From the NCBI GenBank assembly GCA_903885965.1, contig CAISKQ010000035.1, positions 3,926 to 67,925 on the forward strand: a stretch of 64,000 bases of DNA, given 5' to 3'. This document shows positions 37,733 to 48,240 of this stretch, piece by piece; within the stretch, counting starts at the first letter, position 1, and every line of letters begins with the position of its first letter. Under the pieces are notes generated by a model. That model was not told the origin of the DNA. It did no database searches and saw only the letters and a program-made list of their open reading frames with translations. Source of the stretch: an uncultured bacterium. Lineage in GTDB: Bacteria > Patescibacteriota > Minisyncoccia > Moranbacterales > GWC2-37-73. The translations under genes and the position numbers were made by a program.

Positions 37733-37952
37733 GTGGAAATATTTCACAAATTAACTCTTGTTATTTCTCAAAGCTTCTCAAAAAAATACTAGAGCTAATT
37801 AATGATCAAATTTGTGTTAATTAGTTGTTTTATCTAAGCAAAAAGTCGCTAAAAGCGACCCCCTAACCCCATTATTACACAAAACGTTGCGGGCGGGCTT
37901 TTTTAATATCAATAAAAAGATGCTGCCCCTATTTGTCATTATATACTTTTTT

Positions 37953-38390
37953 TTAAGCTTGTTCAACTAGTACATTTATGGAAACCACAATGTCGTGATC
38001 AAGCGTAATTTTCACCTCGTGTGATCCAAGGTCTCTAATATGTCCGGCAGAGATTGCCTTTTCCGGAACTTCCAATTTTAATTTTTTGATTTCAGCTGAA
38101 ATATCCTTTGCCGTTATTGACCCAAAAAGTTTCCCGTCTTTGGAACGTGCTTTTACAATAATTTGTTTCTTATTAAGTGATTCAGCCAGGCTCCTGGTTT
38201 GCGCTCGCTGCTGATTCAAAAGTGCTTGTTTTTTCTCATCTTCTTTCTGAACAATTGCAATTCCGCCTGGCGTTGCAACTGCTGCCATTTTTTTTGCCAA
38301 CAAGAAATTTCGACCATAACCATCTGGTACTTCCTTTATTTGTCCCTTTTTGCCAATATTTTTAACATCCTGCAGAAGAATAATTTTCAT
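37953..38390 (-). CDS. rplI: 50S ribosomal protein L9
   Basis: MKIILLQDV..GKKG...V.DGYGRNFL, GKLFGSIT. Confidence 0.97.
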   Translation of the reverse strand: MKIILLQDVKNIGKKGQIKEVPDGYGRNFLLAKKMAAVATPGGIAIVQKEDEKKQALLNQQRAQTRSLAESLNKKQIIVKARSKDGKLFGSITAKDISAEIKKLKLEVPEKAISAGHIRDLGSHEVKITLDHDIVVSINVLVEQA

Positions 38391-38449
38391 AAATAGTAGT
38401 CTTATAATTTTTAACCTTTTATTTAATATACATCAAGCCGATATAATTT

Positions 38450-39163
38450 TCAAGCGATACTTCCTTTGTCATTCATCCCGTCATGTTCGCGCTCTTTTTT
38501 ACTTATGAGCACAAAAAGAAGCAACGCTTGCATCGCAATGACTTTCATGGTCTCCAGATCGCTGCTACTTTGCTGGGGGGGTTTCTTTTTTAGGATTATG
38601 CACGAATATACATTGTCCATAGTTTTTGGTGATGGTATAGCGAAAAATTGATCATTTTCAAAAATTTGGACATCTGGATTGCAATTTTTTTGAGTAAAAT
38701 TTATAGCAACATCAGAATTACTTTTAACCTCTTTCAGAACATCTCCGCTGCGCAAATCTGCAAAGCGAATCACGAATTCATCTGATTTTCCAAACAGCTG
38801 GACAGCCTCCATAATTGAGTTATAAAATTCTCTTTGTTTTTTTGGGGTAAGTTGTGAACTCTCTGGAAACCCAAGCGCTATGTCCATCATTATATCAAGC
38901 TTTCTATTAACTTCCCCAATGTAGGAATACGAATGAGTCAAGTCCTTATTAGTTTGATTCATCTGCCTAATCATTTTAAATTTCTCTTCCCGTTCTTGTA
39001 ACATTTTTCTTTCTAAAGTGGTGAAAAGAATGAATCCGAATATTCCTAGACATAAAATCGCAAATTCCTGCGCTTGAACAACACTAAAACCCAACACGCC
39101 TTTTGAGACAATGGTTGGAATAAAAACTATAAAGGTGAAGATAATGAAATATATCCAATACAC
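38450..39163 (-). CDS. Hypothetical protein with two N-terminal TM helices
   Basis: Two TM helices, coiled segment with YSYIGEVNRKL, soluble domain. Confidence 0.7.
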   Translation of the reverse strand: MYWIYFIIFTFIVFIPTIVSKGVLGFSVVQAQEFAILCLGIFGFILFTTLERKMLQEREEKFKMIRQMNQTNKDLTHSYSYIGEVNRKLDIMMDIALGFPESSQLTPKKQREFYNSIMEAVQLFGKSDEFVIRFADLRSGDVLKEVKSNSDVAINFTQKNCNPDVQIFENDQFFAIPSPKTMDNVYSCIILKKKPPQQSSSDLETMKVIAMQALLLFVLISKKEREHDGMNDKGSIA

Positions 39164-39336
39164 AATTTTGCAAGTAATAGTTTGATATATTTTATGCTTA
39201 CATGTTCATGTTTGATAGCGACGCAGTATTTACACGCAGCCCCAGTATAATTGTTTCGATTAATACAAAACTGCTGCTGCATATATTCTTAATGTAATTC
39301 AAATAAAAAACCCACCAAGTGGCGGGCTTTTCATTT

Positions 39337-40206
39337 TCATTTTTTGCAATAAAGCTTGTTTATATATTGATCCAAGTCCTCTCTTAATTCTTCTCTGTCG
39401 AAAGCATATGCAAGTGTAGCTTTCAAATAATTCAATGGATCTCCAGTAGTGAGCCAATCTCCATCCTTAAGCTCCTTGGCCAGAAAAATTCCTCCACTCT
39501 TAACGTACGTTTTAATTGCGTCAGTGACCCAAAGCTCATTTCCCTTTCCTAGCGCTGTTTCTCTTAAGATGTTTATAAAATTTTGGTCAAGAATCATGCG
39601 TCCAAAATCAGCGAGTTGAGAAGGCGCTTCTTCGATAGAAGGTTTTTCAATAATGTCTTCAATTTCATTGGTTCCTTCTCTCAACTTTACGATACCATAA
39701 CGGCTAACGACTTCCTTTGGTACTTGCTGAACGCCAATCATAAGTTTTCCATTTTTTTCATAATCCTCAATCATCTGCTTAGTAAATGATACTTTAGATT
39801 TAACCAAATCGTCGCCCCACACGAAAACAAATGGCTCGTTGTCAACAATAGAAGCAGCTGATAAAACAGGCGTACCATTTCCGTAGGGACCTTTTTGCCG
39901 CACATAAATAAAATTAGCCATATCTGCAATGCCCTCAATCATGCTGGCGTATGTTTCTTTGCCATTTTTCCGTAAATCATCTTCAAGTGCTGTACTGTGA
40001 TCAAAATGATCTTCAAGTGGTTTTTTGTCCCAACGAGTCACAAAAATAATATCCTTGATTCCAGCCTCAACCAACTCTTCCACCACCAGCTGAATAATTG
40101 GCTTGTCTACAATCGGAAGCATTTCCTTCGGCATGGACTTAGTGGCTGGCAAAAGTCTCGTTCCTGATCCTGCAACTGCAATAACTGCTTTTGTTATTTT
40201 ACTCAT
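39337..40206 (-). CDS. galU: UTP--glucose-1-phosphate uridylyltransferase
   Basis: KAVIAVAG.GTRLLPATK.MPKEMLP.VDKP. Confidence 0.9.
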   Translation of the reverse strand: MSKITKAVIAVAGSGTRLLPATKSMPKEMLPIVDKPIIQLVVEELVEAGIKDIIFVTRWDKKPLEDHFDHSTALEDDLRKNGKETYASMIEGIADMANFIYVRQKGPYGNGTPVLSAASIVDNEPFVFVWGDDLVKSKVSFTKQMIEDYEKNGKLMIGVQQVPKEVVSRYGIVKLREGTNEIEDIIEKPSIEEAPSQLADFGRMILDQNFINILRETALGKGNELWVTDAIKTYVKSGGIFLAKELKDGDWLTTGDPLNYLKATLAYAFDREELREDLDQYINKLYCKK

Positions 40207-40224
40207 TTTTTTATGTATGAATAA

Positions 40225-41058
40225 TTAATTTAGTTTTTTCTTGCTAAGGATTTTTAATTCTTCGTTAAATTCGTTAATCGCTTGATCCAAAATTGGATGA
40301 AAATTTTTGCTAATGCCTTTTTCTTTGACTATTAGTCCTGCTTCCAAGAGTGAATCCGGAGTTCCAGCATCAAGCCATTGTCCCTCAAAAATGGTAACTT
40401 CTAAACTTTTCTTTTTTAAATATGCCTTATTAACCTCAGTAATTTCAACTTCGCCTCTCTCAGAAGGTTTAATGTTTTTAGCAATGTTAACACAATCATT
40501 ATCATAAAGGTAAAGACCTGTTACCGCATAGTCGCTAATCCATGCCTTTGGCTTTTCAACGATCTCAATTGCTCGATTATTTTTGTTAAACTTCACCACG
40601 CCAAATCTCTCAGGATCGGGAACCTTTTTAGCAAAAATATGTCCTCCGCTGCGAAAATCTTTTATTTGTTTAACGAAATCATCCTCGAAAATATTGTCGC
40701 CTAGGATAAGTGCCACATTGTCATCGCCAACATGGTTTTCTCCGAGTGTTAATGCTTCCGCAAGTCCTTTAGGCGTTGATTGAACTTCGAAAGTAATATG
40801 GATGCCGTGTTTTTTCAAAAGCGAACCAAGTAGATTCAAAAATTGACCAGAATGTTCAGGAGCAACAATAATCAAAATATTTTTAATTCCAGCTTTAATA
40901 AGCGTGTTTAGTGGATAAAAAATCATCTGTCTGTCATAAACCGGCAAAAGTTGCTTTGACGTTGTGGCAGTCATTGGGAAAAGTCTTGTTGCTGTTCCAC
41001 CGGCCAACACAATTCCCTTCATTTTTCTTCTTTTTGGCTTTATAATTTCTTCCCCCAT
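40225..41058 (-). CDS. rmlA: Glucose-1-phosphate thymidylyltransferase
   Basis: GIVLAGG..TRL.P.T...SKQLLPVYD, LGDNIF, PSERGEVEIT, WLDAGT. Confidence 0.9.
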   Translation of the reverse strand: MGEEIIKPKRRKMKGIVLAGGTATRLFPMTATTSKQLLPVYDRQMIFYPLNTLIKAGIKNILIIVAPEHSGQFLNLLGSLLKKHGIHITFEVQSTPKGLAEALTLGENHVGDDNVALILGDNIFEDDFVKQIKDFRSGGHIFAKKVPDPERFGVVKFNKNNRAIEIVEKPKAWISDYAVTGLYLYDNDCVNIAKNIKPSERGEVEITEVNKAYLKKKSLEVTIFEGQWLDAGTPDSLLEAGLIVKEKGISKNFHPILDQAINEFNEELKILSKKKLN

Positions 41059-41067
41059 ATGAACTAA

Positions 41068-41177
41068 ATCACCAAGATACAAGAAACAATAACCAAATAA
41101 TTTTTCAAATTAAAACAATTTTGATTATTGAATTTTGTGATTTGTTTGTATCTTGCTTCTTGATTATTGGTTATTTT
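41068..41177. repeat. Inverted degenerate ~7-nt repeat element
   Basis: accaagatacaagaaacaataaccaaata ... ttgtttgtatcttgcttcttgattattggtt; related to 48113-48240. Confidence 0.75.
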
Positions 41178-42418
41178 TAAACAGTTGGATATATCGGATA
41201 TTTTTTGCAAAATATTGTTACCTCTTTTTTAATTTGAGCAAGAATTTTTTTATCATCGTGTGCAATAATAATCTCTTCAATCCAGCCAGCAATCATTTTG
41301 ATTTCTTTTTCTTTCATGCCTCGACTTGTGATTGCTTGGACTCCAATTCTAATTCCGCTTGGATCCATCGGAGAGCGAGGATCATCTGGAATCATATTTT
41401 TGTTAACGGTAATACCTGACTCGTCCAGCGCATGCTCTGCTTGTTTGCCAGTAATTCCCTTGCTACCCATCACGTCAACTAGGATCATATGATAATCGGT
41501 TCCGCCAAACATAATTTTAAAATCTCTTTTCGTAAGTTCAATTTCAAGCACTTTCGCATTTTTAATTACTTGTTTGGCATATGATTTAAACGCGGGCCTC
41601 AAGGCTTCGCCAAATGCTACAGCTTTAGCGGCAACATTATTCATGTGCGGGCCTCCTTGAAAACCAGGAAAAGCAGACTTATCAATAGCTTTAGCAAACG
41701 CTTGTTTACACATAATCATTCCACCGCGAGGACCTCGAAGCGTCTTATGTGTTGTGGTCGTCACGATATCAAAATATGGAACTGGATTTTCAATTGCTTT
41801 TCCAGCAATCAAGCCTGCAATATGCGCAATATCAAACATAGAAATTGCGCCAACTTTTTTGGCAATCGCTTGGAATTTTTTGTAATCAAACTGTCGAGTG
41901 TAGGCCGAAAAACCAGCTAAAATAAGTTTTGGCTTGTGCTCGAGGGCCAATTTCTCAAGCTGCTTATAATCAATTTCTCCGGCCTGGTTCGTTTTGTAAC
42001 CGATGAAATTATATATTTGAGCTGAAAGTGTGAGCGGATGACCATGCGTCAAGTGTCCTCCATGAGAAAGGTCCATACCAAGAACCGTATCGCCCGGTTT
42101 CAAAATCGCATTGTAGGCAATCATATTAGCTGGCGCTCCAGAATGAGGCTGCACATTGACATGCTCGGCGCCGAAAATTTTCTTTGCTCGCTCAATAGCC
42201 AAGGATTCAACTTGATCGGTAAATTGCTGGCCTCCGTAATATCTTTTGCCAGGATAACCCTCGGAATATTTATTCGTGAAAACACTGCCAAGCGCTTCAA
42301 GCACGGCCTTGGAAACATAGTTCTCACTGGCAATAAGTTCCATCCCCTCTTGTTGGCGTTTGATTTCGCCAGTAATGGCAGCGTATATTTGTTTGTCTTG
42401 TTTTTTCAAATTTTGCAT
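41177..42418 (-). CDS. glyA: Serine hydroxymethyltransferase
   Basis: LIASEN, NKYSEGYPGKRYYGG, TTTHKTLRGPRGG. Confidence 0.98.
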   Translation of the reverse strand: MQNLKKQDKQIYAAITGEIKRQQEGMELIASENYVSKAVLEALGSVFTNKYSEGYPGKRYYGGQQFTDQVESLAIERAKKIFGAEHVNVQPHSGAPANMIAYNAILKPGDTVLGMDLSHGGHLTHGHPLTLSAQIYNFIGYKTNQAGEIDYKQLEKLALEHKPKLILAGFSAYTRQFDYKKFQAIAKKVGAISMFDIAHIAGLIAGKAIENPVPYFDIVTTTTHKTLRGPRGGMIMCKQAFAKAIDKSAFPGFQGGPHMNNVAAKAVAFGEALRPAFKSYAKQVIKNAKVLEIELTKRDFKIMFGGTDYHMILVDVMGSKGITGKQAEHALDESGITVNKNMIPDDPRSPMDPSGIRIGVQAITSRGMKEKEIKMIAGWIEEIIIAHDDKKILAQIKKEVTIFCKKYPIYPTV

Positions 42419-42517
42419 ATCTATAAAATTTGCTTAAGTTAATTAAGAATAAAAACGATATTTAGAATACTTAAGCCAGGCGATTAGATCATAGTATTGG
42501 TAAAATTAAAATAATCA

Positions 42518-42604
42518 TGTCATGCTGAACTTGTTTCAGCATCTTTATTATAGAGAACTTTATAAAACAAAGAAAATAGATCCTGAAATAAATTCAGGAT
42601 GACA
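42518..42604. repeat. GTCAT...ATGAC double-hairpin repeat, copy C
   Basis: TGTCATGCTGAACTTGTTTCAGCATCT ... AGATCCTGAAATAAATTCAGGATGACA. Confidence 0.9.
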
Positions 42605-42610
42605 CGGGAA

Positions 42611-43543
42611 CTATTTTATGCCTTTTAAATATTCCCTGAGCGCAAGTTTATAACTTCGCATTGGGTTAAGCCGAGTGTTAATCAAAGTTGAAACATAGGG
42701 CCTCTGAGCAGGACGCGGAAACTCATCACTGTTAACCGGAATCACCTTAGTTTTAAGTTTAGCCATCTTATATAATTCTACAACTGCCTCAAACCAAGTG
42801 CAAGCACCTTCATTGACAACATGATAAATTCCAAAGGGTTTATTAGCTTCAATGATTTCCTTGGTTTTCTTGGCCAAATCAGGAGCATAGGTGAAACAAG
42901 ATGTTTCTTCATCTACAACTTTTACTTCTGCGTTCTTTTTCCCCACCTCCAGCATAACATCAAAGAAACTTTTTTTGGCCGTTTTTGATTTGGCAGGCTT
43001 ACCAAAAAGTTTTGAAAGTCTGATAATGTAATATTTTTCTCCGCTTTTTTGCACCGCCTGCTCCCCCATCAATTTTGTTTTGCCATATTTTTGAACTGGC
43101 TTCGTAATCGCATCTTCATCGAACCCGATTTGAGGCACGAAACCCTCATGTAAGCTACAAGAACTGCAAGAACCTCCGCAACCAGCTGGCTCTGGAAGCT
43201 CTGGCATACCAGAGAAGACATAGTCTGTTGAATAATGTACCAAAGTAGCATCAAGCTTCTTAGCGACCTTTGCAAGGTATCCTGGAGCTTTTCCGTTAAG
43301 CTTCTTGGCTTTTTCAAATTCAGCCTTATCTTTTTCACACAAATCAACTGCATTATAGGCGGCTGCATTTAGGATGATATTTGGCGCAAGTTTGTTAATT
43401 TTTTCTTTAGTTTGATTTTCATCAGTGATGTCAATTTTATCGAAATCCCAAGCTGTCACCTTGTACTGCTCATCACTTTTGAAAATTGAAACTAGCTCTT
43501 GCCCAAGCATTCCCTTAGCACCGATTATTAGAACTTTTTGCAT
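42611..43543 (-). CDS. rmlD: dTDP-4-dehydrorhamnose reductase
   Basis: GAKGMLG, NAAAYNAVD, STDYVF, YGKTK, RPAQRP. Confidence 0.93.
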   Translation of the reverse strand: MQKVLIIGAKGMLGQELVSIFKSDEQYKVTAWDFDKIDITDENQTKEKINKLAPNIILNAAAYNAVDLCEKDKAEFEKAKKLNGKAPGYLAKVAKKLDATLVHYSTDYVFSGMPELPEPAGCGGSCSSCSLHEGFVPQIGFDEDAITKPVQKYGKTKLMGEQAVQKSGEKYYIIRLSKLFGKPAKSKTAKKSFFDVMLEVGKKNAEVKVVDEETSCFTYAPDLAKKTKEIIEANKPFGIYHVVNEGACTWFEAVVELYKMAKLKTKVIPVNSDEFPRPAQRPYVSTLINTRLNPMRSYKLALREYLKGIK

Positions 43544-44156
43544 ATATTTAAATCTTAAAATTTTATCATTAAGTTCCTGTATTGTTGCAAATTCTGAGCA
43601 AATTGTCCACTAGAAAGAAAAAATGGCAACCTCTCCAAGATTAAGAGGTTGCCAAGTGATATACATAGATATTCCAGTTCATTAATAATAAATGTCTGGA
43701 TTTAAAAAGTTTAAATCACCAAGGGTTCGGTATTTTCTCCATAAATAAACTACGCAGCCGCAAATAACAAAAGCAATCAGGGCGATTATATTCATAATAC
43801 TCCATAATTATTTCGTTACGATATTGAACACCATACAAGAAAGAACAATAGGAGCGGTCAATAGCATCTGAAATTGCCTTAAGCAAAAAATTAATGACTT
43901 CAAAGGCAGCTAAAAATTCATTCGTCGAGGTTGGCATAGGTCCTCCATGGAAAAAACGTTTAAAAAAAAGAAAGAACAAATCATGGCTTTATTAAAACAG
44001 AATCTGGGGAAAAGTCCAGCAAGAAAATTTTCCCTAAATTTACCTAAAGAAAAAAAGTAATCCGATTTCGCCTGCATAAAGAACAATTTCCAGAATTGCA
44101 GCTAAGTCAAGACTGAAGTATCGCGTTTTAAACAGTATTGATAATATCTTGCGTTA

Positions 44157-44666
44157 TCATAAGAACATTTCCATAACATGCTCATCAAAATATTGGGTAC
44201 CTATTTTTAATTCATTGTGGAGTGTACCAACAAGTTTGAAGCCGAGCTTTTCATAAAGCCAGACAGCAGAAAGCTGCGAAGTATTAACATTAAGATCAAT
44301 TTTTTCAATCCCTTTAAATGTTTTAATTTCTTCAATAAGTTCCACTAATATTTTTTTGCCAATGCCTTTTCCACGATAAGCTTTTTTCACATATACTCCC
44401 CAAACATAAGCAATATGGCGCATTTTTTCGCCTTCTTCCTGATAAGCTGCAGCAAGTGCAACTGTCTTGACACCATCGCGAGCAACCAACATTAAACTTC
44501 GTGGATTTTCAAATTCCTCTTGCCAGTGGCTATCATTAAATTGCAGTGATTCCCCATAGGAATCTCCGAAAGCTTCGCCATCCTCGCGAAGTGCTTCTAG
44601 TCTAATGTCTTTGTATTGTTCCCACTCAAGAGAAGAAAGCTTATACGTCTGAATGTTTGAGAGCAT
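44157..44666 (-). CDS. GNAT family N-acetyltransferase
   Basis: YVKKAYRGKGIG, A..LYEKLGF. Confidence 0.92.
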   Translation of the reverse strand: MLSNIQTYKLSSLEWEQYKDIRLEALREDGEAFGDSYGESLQFNDSHWQEEFENPRSLMLVARDGVKTVALAAAYQEEGEKMRHIAYVWGVYVKKAYRGKGIGKKILVELIEEIKTFKGIEKIDLNVNTSQLSAVWLYEKLGFKLVGTLHNELKIGTQYFDEHVMEMFL

Positions 44667-44684
44667 GTTTGTTTAACTTAAAAA

Positions 44685-46403
44685 TTACCAACCACCTCCA
44701 CCTCCACCTCCGCCACCTCCGCCAGAACTACCTGCACCACCGCTACCAGATGGAGCTGAAGTTGAGGAAGATATATCAGAAGAAAGATCATTGATGGTGC
44801 TGGCAAAACTATCAGCATTAAATGATGTTAAGTTGCCCACATACCAAAGGGGTGTATAATTTGTGAAATATTCAGAGCCATAAATTTCTTGAATTTTTTT
44901 GATCCAAAGCTTTGTCATGCCAAACAAAATCGCATATGGCAAACATTTTTCAAAAATGTTCTCCTTTTCATAAAATGCCGCTCTGTCCTTGTCGACCGTT
45001 TCCATAAAAAGTTTGAAACCTTTAATCTGCCAATCAAGCTCAGCTCCTCGGACTGTTTTTTGAGGCATGAATACGCCGAAGATAAGCATTATCAGCCCGC
45101 TAAGAAGTAAGTTAACACCCAGGAAAGTATAATTATTTAAAGCAATGATTGCAAAAGCAAATGAAAACATACTCAGGACATATAGACCCACGCAAATATT
45201 AATTCCCGTAATCATTATCAAGCCTTTGTTTTGTAAGTTATTTTTACCTACCTTCCAAATTGATTTTATTTTTGTGTAAAAATATTCTTTTAAATTCGAA
45301 ATCAAAACTGAATCTAATCCGCTAAATACGCTTTCCAGGATTAACTTTTGTGGATCATTAAGCAAAGCTTCAATTTCAGGCTTTCTATTTCTAATTAACT
45401 CATAGTCTTTACTTGAAAAAAATAGGATTTTGTTCTCTATTTCCTTGATTGTAATTAAACCTCTGCTAGCTAACCAAATTATTTCAGCCGTAATGAATGA
45501 CTTGTTATAACCACCACCCTTCATAAGCATTCCAGCTTCAATAGGTGAAAGGTTCTCTGGGATTTCATACTGTGCAATGATAGTTTTATTCACAACAGGA
45601 TCCTTGCCGTATTTTCGCCAAAGTGAAAAAACAATTACGAAAACAAAAACTGGAATTAAAAAGAAAAAATACTCGCCATACGATTCCCAAAAATTTGGCA
45701 CATAGGCAGTAAGAATATTTTTAGGAAAAATTATTGAGGCCGTAATGCCCTGTTTTTGAAACAACGTTTTCGTCGAATCAAACTCTAGGACATTAGACGC
45801 ATTCCATTTGTAGGCAGCCAAACTGTTCTCTTTGGAACCGGTACTGCCAGTATAATAATCAACCGTTGCATTCTGCTGCGTTATTTCCTCTGGAAACTTG
45901 ATAGTTGCGTGAAATTTATCAATTTGCAAATCCCAAAAATTTCCATTGAGATTCCAATAAAGTTCGTCGAAATTTTGGTTAGCAAAGCGAATTGCATTTT
46001 TTACTCGATAGTGAATAATGTAGACATTTACTCCATGCACTGAAGTCTTCGCATCTCCGATTTTCCATGTCACTGTGCCATTAGCTGAGTTTTTTGTGGT
46101 GCTATATTGATAGCCTTGTCCTTTTTCATTTGCAATACTTAATAGCTGAACGGGGGTTTGCACTTTTTTGCCGGCAATATCAAGCTGAGTTGGCAAAATT
46201 CTAAATATACCATGTTTATCAATTCCTGTTCCACAATCAGCAGTGATAGTTTCCGTAATGTCCAGCGAAGAATTTTTATTGACAACTATTTGAGAATCAA
46301 AATTTTTGATATACCAATCTGTGACATTCTCACGTGCCAAAGAGGTTTTCGGAAAAAGAAACATTATCACTGCAAACATTATCAAAAAGATTTTTTTAGA
46401 CAT
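44685..46403 (-). CDS. DUF2207 family membrane protein
   Basis: HGIFR, DELYWN..G..W, LPYAILFG, terminal GGGGGGGGGGGW. Confidence 0.93.
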   Translation of the reverse strand: MSKKIFLIMFAVIMFLFPKTSLARENVTDWYIKNFDSQIVVNKNSSLDITETITADCGTGIDKHGIFRILPTQLDIAGKKVQTPVQLLSIANEKGQGYQYSTTKNSANGTVTWKIGDAKTSVHGVNVYIIHYRVKNAIRFANQNFDELYWNLNGNFWDLQIDKFHATIKFPEEITQQNATVDYYTGSTGSKENSLAAYKWNASNVLEFDSTKTLFQKQGITASIIFPKNILTAYVPNFWESYGEYFFFLIPVFVFVIVFSLWRKYGKDPVVNKTIIAQYEIPENLSPIEAGMLMKGGGYNKSFITAEIIWLASRGLITIKEIENKILFFSSKDYELIRNRKPEIEALLNDPQKLILESVFSGLDSVLISNLKEYFYTKIKSIWKVGKNNLQNKGLIMITGINICVGLYVLSMFSFAFAIIALNNYTFLGVNLLLSGLIMLIFGVFMPQKTVRGAELDWQIKGFKLFMETVDKDRAAFYEKENIFEKCLPYAILFGMTKLWIKKIQEIYGSEYFTNYTPLWYVGNLTSFNADSFASTINDLSSDISSSTSAPSGSGGAGSSGGGGGGGGGGGW

Positions 46404-46413
46404 AACTTTAAAT

Positions 46414-47094
46414 TTATTTTTTTAAAATGTTTTCTAAATATGTTTTGACTTCTAGTTGCTGCTCGAAGCTGTTTTCCATTTCAATGCTGATGTATTCTGG
46501 CAAATATTGCAGAAATTTTTCAATATAGTCCACTTCATCCATACTTATCAGATAATGAGAACCTGCTTTTTTTAAAAAACGAAACAAGGTGTTCTTAAGT
46601 TTTGGCAGGGGTGAAACATGACAGCATCCGATTGCAAATGCCTTAGCGCATTTTTCTGTTTTTTCTGCCACACTAGGCCTGAACTTTTTAGCCAGTTGCC
46701 AATGTTGAAAGTCTAAGCACATTCCAGCAACCTCATTTAGTTGATTTTCCGGAATTGCTCTATGTGGATGATTTTCAATATATACTTTATTGTTATATTT
46801 ATCCAAGAGCTCGATGTGACGTTCACCCATGTGAATATTATAAACCTGTGCTTTGTGCTTTTCAAACCACTGCATTTCCCATTCTTCCATATCCTCACCT
46901 CTCAAATGTACATGCGGAATAATCAGTCCTTCTATTTCATCAAGCATGGCATATAATTTTCTGCGTTGTGTAATTTTTAGAAAAGTCGGAAAAAGCGCAA
47001 TCCGAGTAATTCCAAATTTTTTCATTTCTTCAACTTTCGCATGCCAGTCAGACCCTGGCGTTGTCGTTAGCCCTAAGAGAATTTCATGTTTCAT
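46414..47094 (-). CDS. Hypothetical protein, possible metal-dependent TIM barrel
   Basis: HVH, NIH, YIEN, CLDFQH, CHVS, SIE pattern. Confidence 0.6.
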   Translation of the reverse strand: MKHEILLGLTTTPGSDWHAKVEEMKKFGITRIALFPTFLKITQRRKLYAMLDEIEGLIIPHVHLRGEDMEEWEMQWFEKHKAQVYNIHMGERHIELLDKYNNKVYIENHPHRAIPENQLNEVAGMCLDFQHWQLAKKFRPSVAEKTEKCAKAFAIGCCHVSPLPKLKNTLFRFLKKAGSHYLISMDEVDYIEKFLQYLPEYISIEMENSFEQQLEVKTYLENILKK

Positions 47095-48095
47095 TTTTTG
47101 TATTGCTTATTATAATATTCTTGATATTGCCCACTCTTAACCCGCTTCCACCAAGCTTCATTTTCCAAAAACCAAGCGACGGTTTTTTGCATGCCTTCCT
47201 GAAAAGTCACTTGAGGCTCCCAGTCAAGCTCGTTTTTGATTTTGGAAAAATCAATCGCATAGCGACGGTCATGTCCCTTACGATCTTCGACATATTTAAT
47301 TGAACCTTCATTCTTTCCTAGCATTGATAAAATGGTTGTAGCAATTTCAAGATTTGGTTTTTCACTATTGCCTCCAATGCAATAAGTTTGTCCAATTTTT
47401 CCCTGATGAATAATCAGGTCAATGGCTTTGCAGTGATCTTCCACATAGAGCCAATCGCGAACTTGCAAACCGTCGCCATAAATTGGAATTTCTTTGCCCT
47501 CAATTAAGTTGGTAATAATAAGAGGAATGAGCTTTTCTGGAAAATGATATGGTCCATAGTTGTTGGAGCAATTGGAAATCGTGATTGGCAAATTGTGGGT
47601 GTGGAAATAGGCTCGCACGAGGTGGTCACTGCCAGCTTTGGAAGCACTATATGGACTGCGAGGATCATAGGGGGTGGTTTCGGAAAAGGGTGCCTCGTCG
47701 GCAGCTAAAGACCCAAAAACTTCATCTGTGGAAACATGGTGAAAACGCTTATTTCCTGCCTGCCTGGCCGCTTCCAAGAGGGTGTGGGTTCCAATCACAT
47801 TTGTGCGCACAAAAGCCTCTGAGTCCAAAATAGAGCGGTCTACGTGCGATTCGGCCGCAAAATGGACGACGACGTCAACTTTTGTCACTAATTCCTCAAC
47901 CAGGGCTTTGTCGCAAATATCGCCTTTTACAAAGGTATACCTAGGGTCAGCTTCAAACTCCTTAAGATTTTCTAAATTTCCAGCATAAGTCAACGCATCG
48001 AGATTGACAATTTCATAGTTTGGATAAGTTTTGAGAATGTGATGGACAAAATTGGATCCAATGAATCCTGCCCCACCGGTAACTAAAATTTTCAT
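47091..48095 (-). CDS. rmlB: dTDP-glucose 4,6-dehydratase
   Basis: TGGAGFIGS, AAESHVDRS, STDEV, YSASK, DRKGHDRRY. Confidence 0.97.
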   Translation of the reverse strand: MKILVTGGAGFIGSNFVHHILKTYPNYEIVNLDALTYAGNLENLKEFEADPRYTFVKGDICDKALVEELVTKVDVVVHFAAESHVDRSILDSEAFVRTNVIGTHTLLEAARQAGNKRFHHVSTDEVFGSLAADEAPFSETTPYDPRSPYSASKAGSDHLVRAYFHTHNLPITISNCSNNYGPYHFPEKLIPLIITNLIEGKEIPIYGDGLQVRDWLYVEDHCKAIDLIIHQGKIGQTYCIGGNSEKPNLEIATTILSMLGKNEGSIKYVEDRKGHDRRYAIDFSKIKNELDWEPQVTFQEGMQKTVAWFLENEAWWKRVKSGQYQEYYNKQYKK

Positions 48096-48112
48096 AAAAA
48101 TTTTATCAAAGA

Positions 48113-48240
48113 CACAATAACCAAGATACAAACACCAAACAAGATTTAATAATCAATTTTCAAATATTCAAACAGTTTGTATTTTTGGATCTTGAAATTT
48201 GGAATTTGTTTGGTTATTGCTTCTTGTGTCTTGGTTATTA
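48113..48240. repeat. Inverted degenerate ~7-nt repeat element
   Basis: acaataaccaagatacaaacaccaaacaa ... ttgtttggttattgcttcttgtgtcttggttatt. Confidence 0.75.

Noticed and set aside
43716-43979. 87-aa minus-strand ORF
   Set aside because: Non-ATG start and no motif; a shorter ATG-started peptide followed by a hairpin is possible but unsupported
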